The notes beneath the pieces were generated by a model that saw nothing but the letters and a program-made list of their open reading frames with translations, was not told the origin of the DNA and ran no database searches. A program made the position numbers and the translations under genes. 64,000 nucleotides of DNA, taken from Tubiluchus corallicola (taxonomy: Eukaryota > Animalia > Priapulida). Of this stretch, positions 23,194 to 37,500 are shown piece after piece. Where the stretch lies: assembly GCA_030141605.1 (NCBI GenBank), contig JAQGDQ010000009.1, forward strand, positions 372,001 through 436,000, in the 5' to 3' direction. Each line of letters opens with the position of its first letter. Position 1 is the stretch's first letter.

Positions 23194-26100
23194 TCAAAAC
23201 AAAAGTCCTCTTGGACGTCTTCCCATTCCGTGCCGATCGTATAAAACACTAAATTTGTTCACAAACTGATTAGTGGTATTACATCCCTTCGTGACAGCAC
23301 CAAGATAGGTGATCAATAATACATCACTGCATTGCTGAAAGTAAAAATCAATAAAATTCACTCATAAAAATGAGCACATATTTCTTCAAGCTAAAACAAA
23401 GTACAGTATACTTCACTTAATAAATCCACGTTGGTCAGAAATCAACAGGATTTATTAAGCGGCTGGATTTATAAACTGAATATCTTAGTGACTGAAAAAC
23501 TACTCGCAAAAAGTTTTTACGCAAAGTGCAATAATTTACTAGCAGAGCGATTAAAGTAACTCGCATAAAGTATGTATTATTTATTTATGATGCCATTTCC
23601 CTTTACATGTGATAAGCTGTTTGCTAAATTAAAAAATGCAATATGTGTTACTTTAATATCAGCCAAGATTCAGTATTCATTTATATGAGTCAATGATATT
23701 CTCGCGCACATTGGTTTGTCAGCAAGAAGTAGCACGTTAGTTTAACTTAAACTGCAAATCAGCAAGGAATTAAATGTGCTTAAAACAAACATGCTGATCT
23801 AGCTCAAGTTAAAATGCGGGAGAATCATATAAGCTTACTTCACAATTTGCTTGTCTTTGCAGCACACAAGGTGGACTTATAAAGTAAAGTTTGGATTTAA
23901 TAAACAGCAAATTTTAATATGTTGAAGCATTATACAGTTACGTTCCAGCTAATGAGGCTACAATAAGCAGCTGGATTTATTAAACAAATTCTACTGCATC
24001 CTGGAACAACCAGTTACTTGTAATTAAGGCAGTTTTCTTTTATGACAGGTAAAGAAGCAATGATAGATAAATTCTAGTACACTGTCAGGCTTGGCTGCAA
24101 AATGTTCATACCAATCCATAGTAATGATACCTATTAATCTTTAAAAAACGCTGCAGTATTTTTAATAAAATGGTGGACTTACATTATAGAAATCTTCATT
24201 AAATTTAACATTATTTACGACAGGTAGTCTGTTGCATAAACTGTAAATATCCCTAAGCACTTCATGATTTCTTGGTAATTCACCTGCAAAGAATAATAAG
24301 CTATTACGTTTGTTTTTCAAAAAAAAATGTTTGCACTCTTCAATTACATTAAAATTGGCTTGAGACAAATTTACAGCTATTTCACAAAGGCAGGGCCTAC
24401 CTAAGACACATGATTGTGGCAAAACTGAAAATTCGGTCTATAATAAAAATAATCCTTTGAAATGAAAAACTGAATTTGGTGAAATACCTTAGCCATGTAT
24501 GGAAGTATAGTACATACCATACATGTTCCTTCAACAAGGTTTTCCGGCAAATTTGCTAATTACAATTACTGAGTAACTACAGCACTAATGCAATTAGTAT
24601 TTGGAAGTTGCAATTTGGAACAAGCAAGCTTAAATTTGTACCTGAATGAATCGCTTTAACGTATTCAAGAATAAGTTTCACTCGATGATGCAACATCTTG
24701 ATAGCATTATGTTGAGCAGTCAGATGGTCTGCCACTGTGGAAAATTGAAAAATGCACAATTAAGATTGCACATGTAATGAAAAGAAACAAGTTTATTTCA
24801 AAATTTGTTTTACTGTATAGTGTTTAAATATAACACATAGATTTGAAATGCATTAATAAGAATGGTTATTTTTATTAAAATTTCTTTCAATATTAGAAAG
24901 ATTTTTTAATAATTAAGCCACTGCTCGACTTTCTCAAATGAAACTGCATAATACATGTCTATGGTCAAGAGACCTCAACAAATTTTTGCCAAAAATCTGA
25001 TGGATTCAATTTGGTACCAATACTGGTCAAATAATTAGAGATTTTGAAAGTTTGAAAACATCAAGATCTGACACTGAGTTTACTTTCAATTCTTTTAGCA
25101 ACGGTTTCCTGCAAAAAAATTTCCCTGACACTTGTTGTTACATCAAAGATTATGTACCAAACTTTTGCATAAAATGAGCATTTCACATTGCATTAAAAAG
25201 TTTGACTATCTGCAAATGCAACTCAGAAACGGAATTGTCAGTTTTTTAGCAAACGCACCTGCTGAATTTTCACCAATATCGCTGGACATACGCGCTACAT
25301 GATCCACACCGATTCGCTCTGCCTCCTCAGTTGCTAGTGTAAACGGAATTTCAACAAATAACATTGTTGCTTCGCCTCCAACCACATCAATCACAGATTC
25401 GTACATCTTTACTGGTAAATGCTGCGAAACAAAATTAAAAAGTGGCCATAAAAATTTACAATGATAATATAGATTTTTTTTTAAATAGTTCAAGAATTTA
25501 GCTGATTATCAAGGACAGTCGCCTGAGATGAGAAAATCATTTCATGAAAAGCAAACAGTGATAAAATAAGGAAAATGCTCCTGATAATAACTTCTTATTC
25601 TTAAGCAAGAAATGCAGGGTGCATTTCAAATTTAGAGATCATCAGTCTAGTCTGATCAAGAATTAAAGTTCAATCAACAGTTTTAATCCAATTTATGGAT
25701 TATTAATGGAAATTTTAAACAGGACTTGAATAAAACAAACGACCAACATCAATAATTAATAATTTAAGCTTTAGCAGAATGTTGCAGAGTTTTTTCAATG
25801 TTTCCGGAATACAGAATCAAACTAGGTTGAGGATTGGTCAAATAAAACACCTTCAAAATAATCACTGATTAAACATACAAAACATAAAGAAATAAAAAAA
25901 ATTTACTGGCAAACGTCGCTTTTTTTACACTATAAGTTTACAGGTCTGGGTTCACAGTTTGCTGTGAATTGGTATGAATTGGCACTCGACTTTTATTCCG
26001 ATGGTTATATCAAATAAATTTTATACTATTTGAAGCAGACTGATGAAGACGACGTTGCATGTTTACACAGTGAACGACTCCTAATACAGAAAATATTAGC

Positions 26101-28769
26101 ACTTTAATGATCAGCATTGCTAAAACAGACATGTTCTAAAGCAGGTGCACCACTGTATTGAGAAATTATAGATCCACTAATGAATTAACACATGGCTATT
26201 TCATTTACATTTCTACTGCAGGACCTGAAAATTTGATAAATTTTACGCAATTTTATTACAAAATTGCCCTTCTAACATCAAGTGCAGTTGCAAGTTGCAG
26301 TAAATCCGGAGGTTTTAACGGATTTTTCCAAGAAAACTGCACTGCAAGTTTATTAGAAATTCGATCAAAATCAGATTCAATATAAAATGGTTTTAAGGAA
26401 AAATTCGGTGCAAAAATCGAATTAAAAAAGCAGCACAATGATATTCCGAATATCAAACTACCAGTACCCAAATCTAAAAGTTTACTGGAATTAAAACTAC
26501 TTGCCAAAATAACTTACATCTGTATGTCGAGCTATGGTATTAAGCTTTAAAAACACAGGGCTTTCATTCATATCTGCCAACACTTGTTTATGTATTTTTA
26601 CATCACTTTCATCTGGTGGTCCTCCTGTGGTGTACCAGCCTAGGAAATCCAAGTCACTGAAAACTTGCTTAACTGGAAAAAATATTTTATCAATTTTTAA
26701 AACCAAGAATGAAGACAGAAAACGGAACACAAAATTTAAGTAATCGAATAGTATTTTGACTATTTCTTGTACTAAAATGCACTCTTAACATATTTCGACA
26801 TAATTGTTTATCGACAGTGTAATTACGAAGACAAATGTTTTAAGGTAAAAATTCTTTGTTAAAATTGTTAGGCTGCAGTATCAATATGCTTGGCATTAGA
26901 CATACGAAATTCAGAGAAAAGCAACAAATCTCTCTGACAGAAGTGGTAAGAAGAGTTATTTTATAAAAGTAGAAATGTGAGTGTGTGACATAAAATGTTG
27001 CATTTATCATAATTATTAAGGCCATTTACAGTGCAAAACTGTGTTCAACTTTTATTTAAGGACAATATCTCATTAAAAGTTTAGGATAAGGTCCATACTA
27101 GCAGATCAAGCCTTAGTATGACACCTTATTGCCTTGATGGCACTTGACCATCTTACTTCTGGTTTATTTTATGTTTGTTTATTCAGTATTTATCATTTGT
27201 TGCTTATATTCGAATATATCATGGTATATACTAAATATTTACTGTTTACAAAATTTAAACGTAAAACACTTATCTAACCTATATATTTACCCACACCACG
27301 TACATTGTACCTGTTATTGCAGCTACTGATTAGGTTTTTACTAAGAACTTAATTTTCTAATTACACAAGTCTTTCAAACAGGTAGGTGTAATACTAACTA
27401 ATATAACTTTGTATGGAAAGTTTTTTGGTACATCCTTTAAAATTGGCTTTTCCTCTCCTTTGAAGATGTTTCCCTTAATATACCATACTGCTCTAATGCA
27501 TTATTGTTATCAAATGACAAAAAGCATGAAAAATAACTAGCAACTACAGTTAATGAAGGACAGAGAGAAGAAGACTATGATTTAACATAATAATAAAGCA
27601 ATGTTTAGCTCATGTAAAAGTTTGCATAGTTAGATTATACACGTATTGCAAATATAAGCGCATAAACATTTATATTAAATATATGAATCAAATATGATCA
27701 TTACACAGTGTACTTACATTGTTCTTCCTTTGTATTATAATATTCTTTATCTATGACAATATTGTTGTCTACAGTGTCGAACTTTAGTTCAAACGAATTG
27801 AAAATTTCAAGAAAACGACCTTTTTGCTTTCCAATGAGCGCACCTAAAACTGAATAAAAAGGTAATTATAAATACTACGTTTAAATTTTAGAAAATAGAC
27901 AACAGTAAGACATACAAAGGTGGTGGTGCGAAACTTCCATCACAAATGCATTTCTAGATATTTTCGTCGGCTTCGAAGACATTGTAAGAAACTTTTTGTC
28001 CTAATGTTAGAACTAATGTACAGAAACATTTCAGTACTAATCAACAGGTTCATCCAGGGCAAGTGGTCGCCTGTAAAAGCTTCGTGTAAATGGCTGGCAA
28101 CCACTAGGGTTCAATACTCAATCTGCACAGTTTCATACTCATTGTGGCTGTTTAGTCATTGTATAATTAGTTCATTGAATTGGCTCCCAAATAATGTAAC
28201 AGAAACAGAGAGTATACATAAATTTAGAAATGCAATTCGCTCAATGCCAACTATACGCTAGCATCAGTAAACCATTCAATGACTATAGATTCGGTGATAC
28301 AGAACTAATAGTAAAACCACATAAATTCAAATCAGGTGAGCAATGTTCAATATCAAATAATTTATTCTTCATCCCAATAATAATATATAGAAAAAATAGT
28401 ATAAGTTAAAAAAACCAAACAAAATGGGAAGGGGTGGGAAACCACCAGTGGATTCTACTGGCACCGACGGTGGAGGCGGTGGCAACCCTAATTCAATGAA
28501 CTCATTCTCATAGACACATTCATCCTCCTCACAGCCAATGTTCCACATCAAAGTGCGAAGTAAATGTATATACATCAAATACAACTAAAGATAAGTCTAC
28601 CTTGTAGACTACGGCCTTCTTGAGCTTTCACGCGAGTCCAGTGCTCTGAGACGTTCATAATCACAAGAGGATGTACGGAAACTGACACACTTCCAGATGT
28701 ACCAGAAGAAGCCAATAGCTCAGTGTTCCTCTTCACTCCTCTCACATTCGAAGCTTGGTCCACTTCCAT
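23194..28769 (-). CDS. COPS6: COP9 signalosome subunit 6 (MPN- domain), 7 exons, 317 aa
   Basis: Exons 28769-28601, 27849-27718, 26672-26518, 25421-25259, 24734-24642, 24283-24183, 23334-23194; GT-AG and phase-consistent. Motifs [54 protein letters not shown] and C-terminal GMGRR.RGL.F. Confidence 0.96.
23404..23996. mobile_element. pogo/Tigger-like MITE in the last COPS6 intron
   Basis: TA|CAGTATACTTCACTTAATAAATCC ... GGATTTATTAAACAAATTCTACTG inverted termini; homologous along its length to 36214-36818. Confidence 0.7.
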
Positions 28770-28873
28770 TTCAATTGCTTAACCTTGCGATGTTCAAACT
28801 TTACTAATTTCGAGAAAAAATTACAAGAAAATTATAATACTGTCTACACGACATGTGTACATAACTAACGGTT

Positions 28874-28888
28874 GCGCCATCTAGTGAA
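28874..28888 (-). promoter_or_regulatory. CTCF-like motif in the COPS6 promoter
   Basis: Minus strand reads TCACTAGATGGCGCA, close to the CTCF core consensus, about 105 bp upstream of the COPS6 ATG. Confidence 0.45.
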
Positions 28889-31523
28889 AATTCTGTCGGC
28901 TTGGCGTGGAGTCATAGATCGAAGACCATAAAGATGCAAGACACGTGGTTTAGAATGAATAGAATCTTCATGAAAATAATTAGCGCTATGGGGCCGTCCA
29001 CATAATCATAACGATATCAAGCTTAGGGATGGTAGACCCCCTAGTAGAAGACATGGTAACACCATTATAACTTAAGGTAGATAGGTTATTTAGCCATGAT
29101 AATTTATTGTCACACTTCACACTTTTTCACCTTCACACTTTGATGCGAAATATTAGGAGGAAGAATCTGCAGAATGGGTCTACGAGAATGACTTCAGTGA
29201 ATTAAGGCTGCCACCGCCTTCACCGCCGATGCCAATAGAATCCACTAATGTATTCCCATTAACTAACACAAATGTTATTGTTGCTTGTCCTTTGCAAGAG
29301 CAGGAATGAAATGTACGAAAGCTACATTAATGTGATTATCGATGTCAATATAAAAGGGTAGTAGGCGGTGTTACATAATTAACGCAAGGTAGGTAAGTCC
29401 TAGAAATTAACCAAAAACTTCATATTGTTTTACTTTAGAGTTTACTAAAAATAATCTTGACTCAACTAGCAATTAACTAAAAAATAATAATTTAGAATGC
29501 ACTTGGGATTTTTCATGACACTTTAGCACACTGCAAGTTGTACAAGCAGGATTCTGGCATTCAGTGCCAGAGGTCATGACTGTGGGACTGTAGCCCGACT
29601 CAAAGTTAAGCCTCAAAATTGAGGTGCTGAATCAGTAGAGGTGTCAGAATCTGAAACACTCAGGCTGCCAGAATCTATTAATTAGTGCTGTTATCTCTAT
29701 AAATTCCATTACCTTCCAGTTTGCCAGTAATGGTTGAACAAAATCATCCAGTCACATAATGTTGCTTCAGTAATCTGCCCAAGTTCATGATTTTGGCCTA
29801 GAACCACAAGTGGCACAATACATTGTCCCTTCTTTCTTAGAGTGTTATTTTGGCCTTGTGCTTATCGGCTCACGGATATGGTAAACTTTGCATTAATCTA
29901 ACACCTTCGTTAACAGAGAGTTTTGGGACTTTCAGTGAAGCCAAAACATATCAATGATTAAATAATGACAAAAAATAAATAAAATTGGCCTTTCATAACA
30001 TTTATTTTAAAATTTCATTTCTGACACTTGTTATTGTTGCCCTCCAAGTCCAACCAACATCATGAGTAGAACGACCCAACATGACAGAATATTAGTCTTT
30101 ATAATGATTAGTACAATAATTTACAGTGGTAATTTCAAGACGAATAAACTACATCTCTATGCAAAAATTTAGGAATTAAGTGGTCAAACCCAAAATTATC
30201 CAGATTCTTAATTCTTAAATTTATGCACAACACAGCACTTAAATGGAACCAGCAAGTAGCATTCAAAAATTCATGGTTTGTAAAACTAAAATTAACACAC
30301 TCCAGCAATAAGGGACCTATCCTATCAATATTTATAACCTCATACCAACAAACCCTAATGGTTGGTAAGCAAAGCAGAAGAAAATTTTATAATTATTACT
30401 ATTACGCTTCTCTTTACAAACACATGCATTTGACCTAACAGACTTCAAAACATCAAAATATAAAAATCAATGCTTAAGTAAGCAAATGGAAGCTATGAGT
30501 TAATACAAGTGTTAAACTATCTAAATGCAATTATCACTCATAATTATTCAAAGTTACATTGTACAGCATACACAATGCAGTGTGCACTGACCCTGTTACT
30601 GTTAATAAACTAATTTGGTGAATTTTAAATAAGTTGACCGGCATTTATTATAAATGCCAGATTGGACCTAACCCAAATGATTTCTAGCATAATGCGGTAA
30701 TTTGCTAAAACATATCATATGTACGAAATATGCTGCTAACCTATTCCTCTTATTTAACAAAACACACAAACTGGATATAGAAAATAAAGTAATTCACTGA
30801 TTGCTTAGAAAAATAAATCAGTGGTTACATTTGCCACGTAATTTATAAGCAGTGACCTAAACCCTGGTAAGCTAAACCAAAAGTTCCCTGAACATTCATT
30901 GCACGTAAAGCTCCTGACATGCATAATGAAATAAATCTGCTGTTTGAAATTCACATTAACATATAAGCATTGCAACAACTTCGTAGGCAACTCAGTTATA
31001 ATTTGCTAAAATCATCAAGGTCAGCACAGATGCGTTTAAATAAAACTCCTACACAATCGTACAAACTTGTGTCTTACCATTAACAGGTAAAAAACTTAAT
31101 GTACCATGACGCATGAACTAACGTTATAGTACCCATATCTATGACAGAGTTCAAACATTTCAAGGGACAGCCCACCAAACTGGTACACTACATTTACAAC
31201 ACACTTCAGTATAGCACACAGTGCAGCAATGCTGTGCACTATATTGTAACATTATAAATAATGCTAGCTCATCAATTTCAATACAAGTCTAGGAATGATC
31301 GTGATTGGTGAATTTTACAAAATATTAAAACAAAAACAAACAAACGAATGTCAACTATACAGATACGCCATCGTAATCGTAGCAAGGACAATATATATAT
31401 ATATATATAATTAGCAGAAAGTCATTAGACAAGTTGTACACAGAACCTTGCATTTATAATCATAATGTCAATGAGAGTTGAAACTAATGCCAACTAAAAC
31501 AAGTGTGTTTCAATGTAAAGATG

Positions 31524-34500
31524 TCAAACTGATTCAGAGTCCACTTGATTTTCACCCTGAAAAACAAAAAAAAAAACATTACAGAAAAGTAACAGCTTGT
31601 ATCATTAATTATAACTGCAATCACTGAAAGTAAAATTAATAGACACAGTAAAGCTTTTGGCTATTTTGCTTGTAGTTTTTTCCGGTTTACTTAAAAAATG
31701 TTTCCAATTCAAAAAACAAAACTTTGGCAGTTTACAAATATAACTTCATAAATCACTTGCATTGGTCACTGACCCAAAATCAAAATAATTTAAGAGGCTG
31801 CAACGTTTACACATGCTACAATGACTTAGGCAGTTAGGTGGCATGCGACAATATGAATACTTTATTCTAAAGGTATAAGAAAATTGCTAAAAACAGCTTA
31901 TTCGCAGAATGTAAACAAGGCAGCTATCACCTATAACACAAATACTTTGTGAACCAACCACAAGCATGGAAGTACATAAAGAAAAAAAACTGCTCCACCT
32001 ACACCTTGAGTATTGAAATGTTAATGAGGTAAGTTGTTAGATTGCAAGCATCAGTTCAATACCAAGCAAAAGAAGAGTCTTAAATCCCTATCACCCCTGA
32101 GTCACCAACCACAGATTAAAATCCTTTTTTAGATGGTCTCATTTACATGAGAATTACACAAGAAGTCCCATTTATGAAACGAGGCAACTTACCCTCGGCA
32201 ACTAAATTTATTTTTGGGACTTCCAAAATTTCTTAATCGCACTTGATGACTTGTGGCCGGACTTTTCCTACGTCACATTAATAGTCACATCAAAAACATG
32301 AAGCAACATATAAACTGGGTGTGGAAACAGTTTGGAACATCTAATGCACACGGTTTAATAAGCCACGTAAAAATTATCGATAATCACTTAAAAATACATG
32401 AAATTTCAGCCAAATGGTACCAGGTTTACTTTTTTTTACCTGTCAGGAGACTAAAATGATAAATGCTCTGAACAGACTATAATCCTTTCTAGTACAAGCA
32501 CAATGACATACCTGTTGAGGCTGTTGTGCATTTAGTTGTTTGTTTTTGAGTAATTCCTCCTCAAGTTGTGCTTCTCTTTCAGCTAACTTTGCTTTTAACT
32601 AGCAAAAAAATGAACAAACATTGCATATTAACTTAATTAGCACAACAGTTATCTTAAAAGAAAACTGGACCCAATCTTACAATTTTCTCAACAATGACTA
32701 GGTGAAAGAATTATCATCACAGAATTCCAATTTTGCCTTCGCGCAGTTAGTTCTTTGCTATTATATGCACTTCACCATTGCTACTTAGATGGGCACTAGC
32801 GCCTACATATCGGAAAAAAGTTGCACTAAAGATGCTGCACCGTTCAAATCAGAGTTGCTCAGTTGTGATGTAGTGCACACGTTCGAGAGCTCATATGGGA
32901 GTACAGATGTAAATTTGAAATTTGAATTTTAAAATTAAAATTTGCTAAGTTTTTGTTATGTTACACTGAATGTTATACAGCGGCAACACACTTTAATTTT
33001 TGCTTTTGACGCGGAATGTTTGTGATATTGAAAATTACATTCAGCTGTGAAATTATCACTAGCTGGACTCGCCTATAGTTAATTAAGTTTTTAAGCTATT
33101 ATTTAAAGACCAGAAATTTTAGGTCTTAAAATGTATACTTTTTATTGTACTTCAGCATGTGGTAAGGTATGAAAAATCATCCAGTTTTCCTTTAAAAAAC
33201 CTAGCTATGTTCAGAAAAGTGGCATAACTGTAAACAACTTTTTATCTCTCAGCTATTGCAGCTATTATGTAAGAACTGCTAAACCTGACAAGCTAAAAGA
33301 AACAGCGTTTAACATAATGGTTAACTTGTGGAAAAGATTAGCTGTTAAAAAGTTTGAATTAGTTAGGGCTTGAACCAGAACCCTTGCAAATTAAAACTGG
33401 CACACTTCACAATTGAATTAAATAGCTTGACAAACACTGAAGGTTTGAATTCAACACACAACCTTGAACAACACAACCTATCAGGGACACCTAAAGCCTT
33501 TAAACAAGGGTTAAAACTGTTTTATCACGCCATTCCCAAAATTAAGCAATCAAAATGCCATTTCCCATTTGTACACCCAAATTGAAAAACGTCTTAAATT
33601 TAACATTCAATCTGCGTGTTTAACTGGGAATTGTCTCAGGTGTATATTACACTAATCTATACTAATAGTAGTTTTAAACTAACTAGTGGGACAAATAATC
33701 TATAAAAGAAGAAATTTGCAATTTTAATATTTACTTTCTATGGCACTGAAAAATGATAAAGAGTTCATCTAAGAATGAAAGTTTAGAAGAACATCTTCTT
33801 ACTGATTCTATTTCATCTCCGACACTTGCATCAGTACCATTCTGCTGCTGCTGTTCTTGCTTCTCTTCCTGAGCTTCTCGCAATAGCCTAACGTTCTCTT
33901 GTTCTTGCTTTAGTGCATCTTGGGTAGTGTCTAACACAGATGTCATCTTGACCACCTGGGCTGCAAGCATTTTGCTATTTTTACATTCCTCATCTAACTT
34001 CTGTCTGAGGACATCTACTTCCTGTATAAAAGACAAAATTTCTTATGAAGTCTGTTTATTTTACTTAATACAGACTCACTTCAACTAATCATTACAAGTT
34101 GTAACAACGTTTTTGTGTATATATTTGTCAAATATGGGCTTAAAAAACATGCAAAAACAGTTAGGATTCGTGTGTAGGCCTTTCTTACCAAGTTTTTATT
34201 GAATTCTAGCATGGATGCTCAAGAAGAATTAACAATATTCAGAGCAACAGCTTGAGCAATCAGAAATAGCAAGAAACAGCTAATTAACTAATGTAAATTA
34301 GAAATAGGATGGTCTACTATTCAAACTTAATGCTTATAGAATAGTTGTTCAAAAGAAAAAATTAACAAAAATCACTAGATTGAATTTTATTTCATTTAAG
34401 TCTACTAAATTCAAGATGGGCAACTTTTTTCAAACATACCAAGCAGTCGTAAAGATTGAAGACGTATTGCAGAAATACTGTGTGTTTTTGTCACATTAAA

Positions 34501-37500
34501 CAATGAAAAACACTAGCACTGGGTGTAGTCACAGCCCAGTATGTGTTTTAGTTACATACGGAAGACAAAACAATTGATGATATGCAATACAGGAAATTAT
34601 AGCATTTAGATACATAGGCACTGGGCACTCAAAGCAAACGATGTTCCTTCTGCACCCCAGTACTGGTAGGTAAGGGTTAAAAATAACAAAAGCATACCAA
34701 ACATATTGAGATCCAACAACTTAGACATGACAAAACATGCAATTATGTATTTTATGTGTACTTACATTTTTCTAGAAATAGTATTAACATACTAACAGGT
34801 CTAACAGATTCAATTTAATTTAATTAGCTCTCAGTTAACAGTTTCTAAGATGTCAAAAAGGTAAGAGAGACCACTAAAAGTTCAGTCCCCAGTTTTCACA
34901 TTACCTTCACTAAATGATCCTTTTCTTCCCCAGATTTCTTTGCAACATCTAATTCTGTTTTACTTGCTTCTAGTAAGGAATTCGATTCATCCAACTTGTC
35001 TTTTGTGCTATCATACTGTGCTTGAACATCAGATAACCTCGTGTTAACCTGAAATCACAAAAGTGTTATATTAAAGTTTCTGTGAGCTAATCAATGTGGT
35101 CATATCATGTGGTGCAATGAACATTAGTAAGAAGGAAAGAAATGTCTCCATAAATCTAACCAAAGTAGAATTCAAAAAATATGAACATTTCAGGCACTGA
35201 AAAGTATGAAAAGTAAGTTTGTCAAATTTCACATTTCAACATAAGATTAATTTAGTTTTTCCTACAAACTGATCTACAGTCTAATAAACTGCGACTTTGC
35301 AGAAGTGATGATATTACGGCGTTATTGCACATGTATGGATACAGTTTGGAAGTTTATTTTGCTGGCTTGATTATTTTTATTCCATACATATGACCTGTAA
35401 TATTATCGCTGTGCAATAAAAAAATATTAGCCAATTATTCTATACTAAGATAACCAAGAAATAATGTGCAACATTTTTCTACATTGATATCAAAAGAGGA
35501 ATGATAAACAAGCACATTAATGAAAGACATTATGCCACCATACTTTTTTCATTCAAAAAGAAAACTTTCAGTTACAGCAAACTACCACTGACCTCCTCTA
35601 GTCTCTCTTTCAGGGCTTTCCGCTCGTCCTCTTCACCCTTTAATTTTCGATGTAAGACTTGTAATTTATCTTGCATCTACAAGTAAAGAAAAAAAAATGT
35701 TTCATTTGAAGTCCCAAGGAAGAATCAATCTTTTTTAGTTTGAAATTTAAATATGTTCTAGGTGGTAACAGCAACTGTACTGCCTCTAGCAAATTTCTCT
35801 TGTTGAAGGAAGACACACACATATATGTATTGGAACATGGCTAAGGCACCTGTATTTGTTTTAGTATTTCAATCTGATCTCAGTATCTATCTGAAGAACA
35901 ACATAACAAACAGGCCCTGCTACTGAGTGCTCGACGCCAGCTTGAAGTATACTTGTATGCAAAAATAAGAATTGACATATCCATACTGCAATAAAGAAAT
36001 TGTTTTTGTGACTTTAGATTTGCCTCCCTGTCTATCTTTTTTACCTCTGACACTTCATCTGCTGCATGTTTAACACTAGCAAGGTTACTTTCCAGTGTCT
36101 TCTTTTCTTCTTTTACCTGCAGAAAAGTTGAAAGTGTTCTACTGATTTCAATTACCAACTCATTAACTTAGTTGTGACACCAAGAAATTATGACAAAAGT
36201 GTGAGTCAAAATACAGTGTAATTCACTTAATAAAAACACCTTTGTGAGAAGCGCAATAAATTTATCAAGCAGCTGGATTTATAAATCGGAGAGGTTATTA
36301 AGTAGCACTTGCTATGCAATTGTAGTGTGTATTGTTTATTTATGAAGCAAATGTTGTTAACCCTCGGTAAACTGTTTGGGAAAAGTTTCTACGGAAAGTG
36401 CAATAATTTCTTAGCGTCCATATGACTAAAGTAACTCACATAATGTAGGTATTGTTTACCTATGATGCCATTACCCTTTATATGTGATAAGCTGTTTGCC
36501 AAGTTAAAAAAATGCTATACGATGATTCAGCAGTCACTTATTTGAGTCAATGATATTCTCGTGCACAACAATTTATCAGCAAGAATTAGCACGTTAATTT
36601 AACTTAATTAGATCTATCTTGTGCTTCACTGATGTTTCTACCTTGTAACGGGTAAGTTAGACCGCTAAAGATAAAGAATTAAGTGAAAAGAATGTAAAGG
36701 TGTAGAATGTGCTTAGAACAAAGATGCTGATCTAGCCCAATCATTAAGTTAAAACACAGGACAATCATGTGGTCTTATGTCACAATTTTTTGATGGATTT
36801 ATTAAGCGAATTCTGCTGTATCATCTATTTCCTTACTTACCTAGATTCCAAAAGCAAGTGCTACAGTGATCAATCTACAAAATTTTGGTAAGAGTTTAAA
36901 ACTAGCCAGAAACTTAAAATTAGTCTGACTGCATGAAAGTGGTCTGGGTTACTACTCAGAGATAGCTGTGAGTAAACTCTTGTAACTAATGAGTAATTCC
37001 CTCACCTGACTAACTTCACTCTCTAAACTTTGCACTCGAGCTATCCATTTCTTTTCCTCTTCTTCTACACTGGACTGTAACCTATTTAATATGGTTTCCT
37101 GTAGAAAAAATATAACAAGTTTATAATCCCTGTGGAGTATTCACTCTGACACATGCAGTTTGTAGAGTAAAATTAGATTTCATTAAGTTGTTAATAAAAA
37201 AACGTCACAGTATAAAAGAATTGATGCAAAAATTCATAAAACAATAAAACAACTGATACTAAATGTTGCTAACAGCAGCCTGTAATTCACCATAGCAGTG
37301 ATATGCACACTACGTAGTGAAGTTTTACAAAAGGAATGTGAGTTTGCTACAACTGTTTAATACAATTTTCATAACTTAACTTTCTTTATAACAAGTACAA
37401 ATGTAACTAATTATAAATTAAAAAAAGTGCTGCATGCCACACAAGCTTGACTTCCTCCTTAAAAACATACAAAAAGAATGCTAATAATAATAATAATATA

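Noticed and set aside
22175-23194. Overlapping antisense 3' UTRs of convergent TMEM138 and COPS6
   Set aside because: Each has its own candidate AATAAA (plus ~22486; minus ~22814 and ~22998) that would end transcripts before overlap.
27392-27440. ~45-bp match to 47496-47545
   Set aside because: Short AT-rich fragment of a dispersed repeat with no definable ends.
29550-29680. Short inverted repeats (gattctggca / tgccagaatc) suggesting a structured ncRNA
   Set aside because: The arms are only about 10 bp with no recognisable RNA family motifs; probably a decayed MITE.
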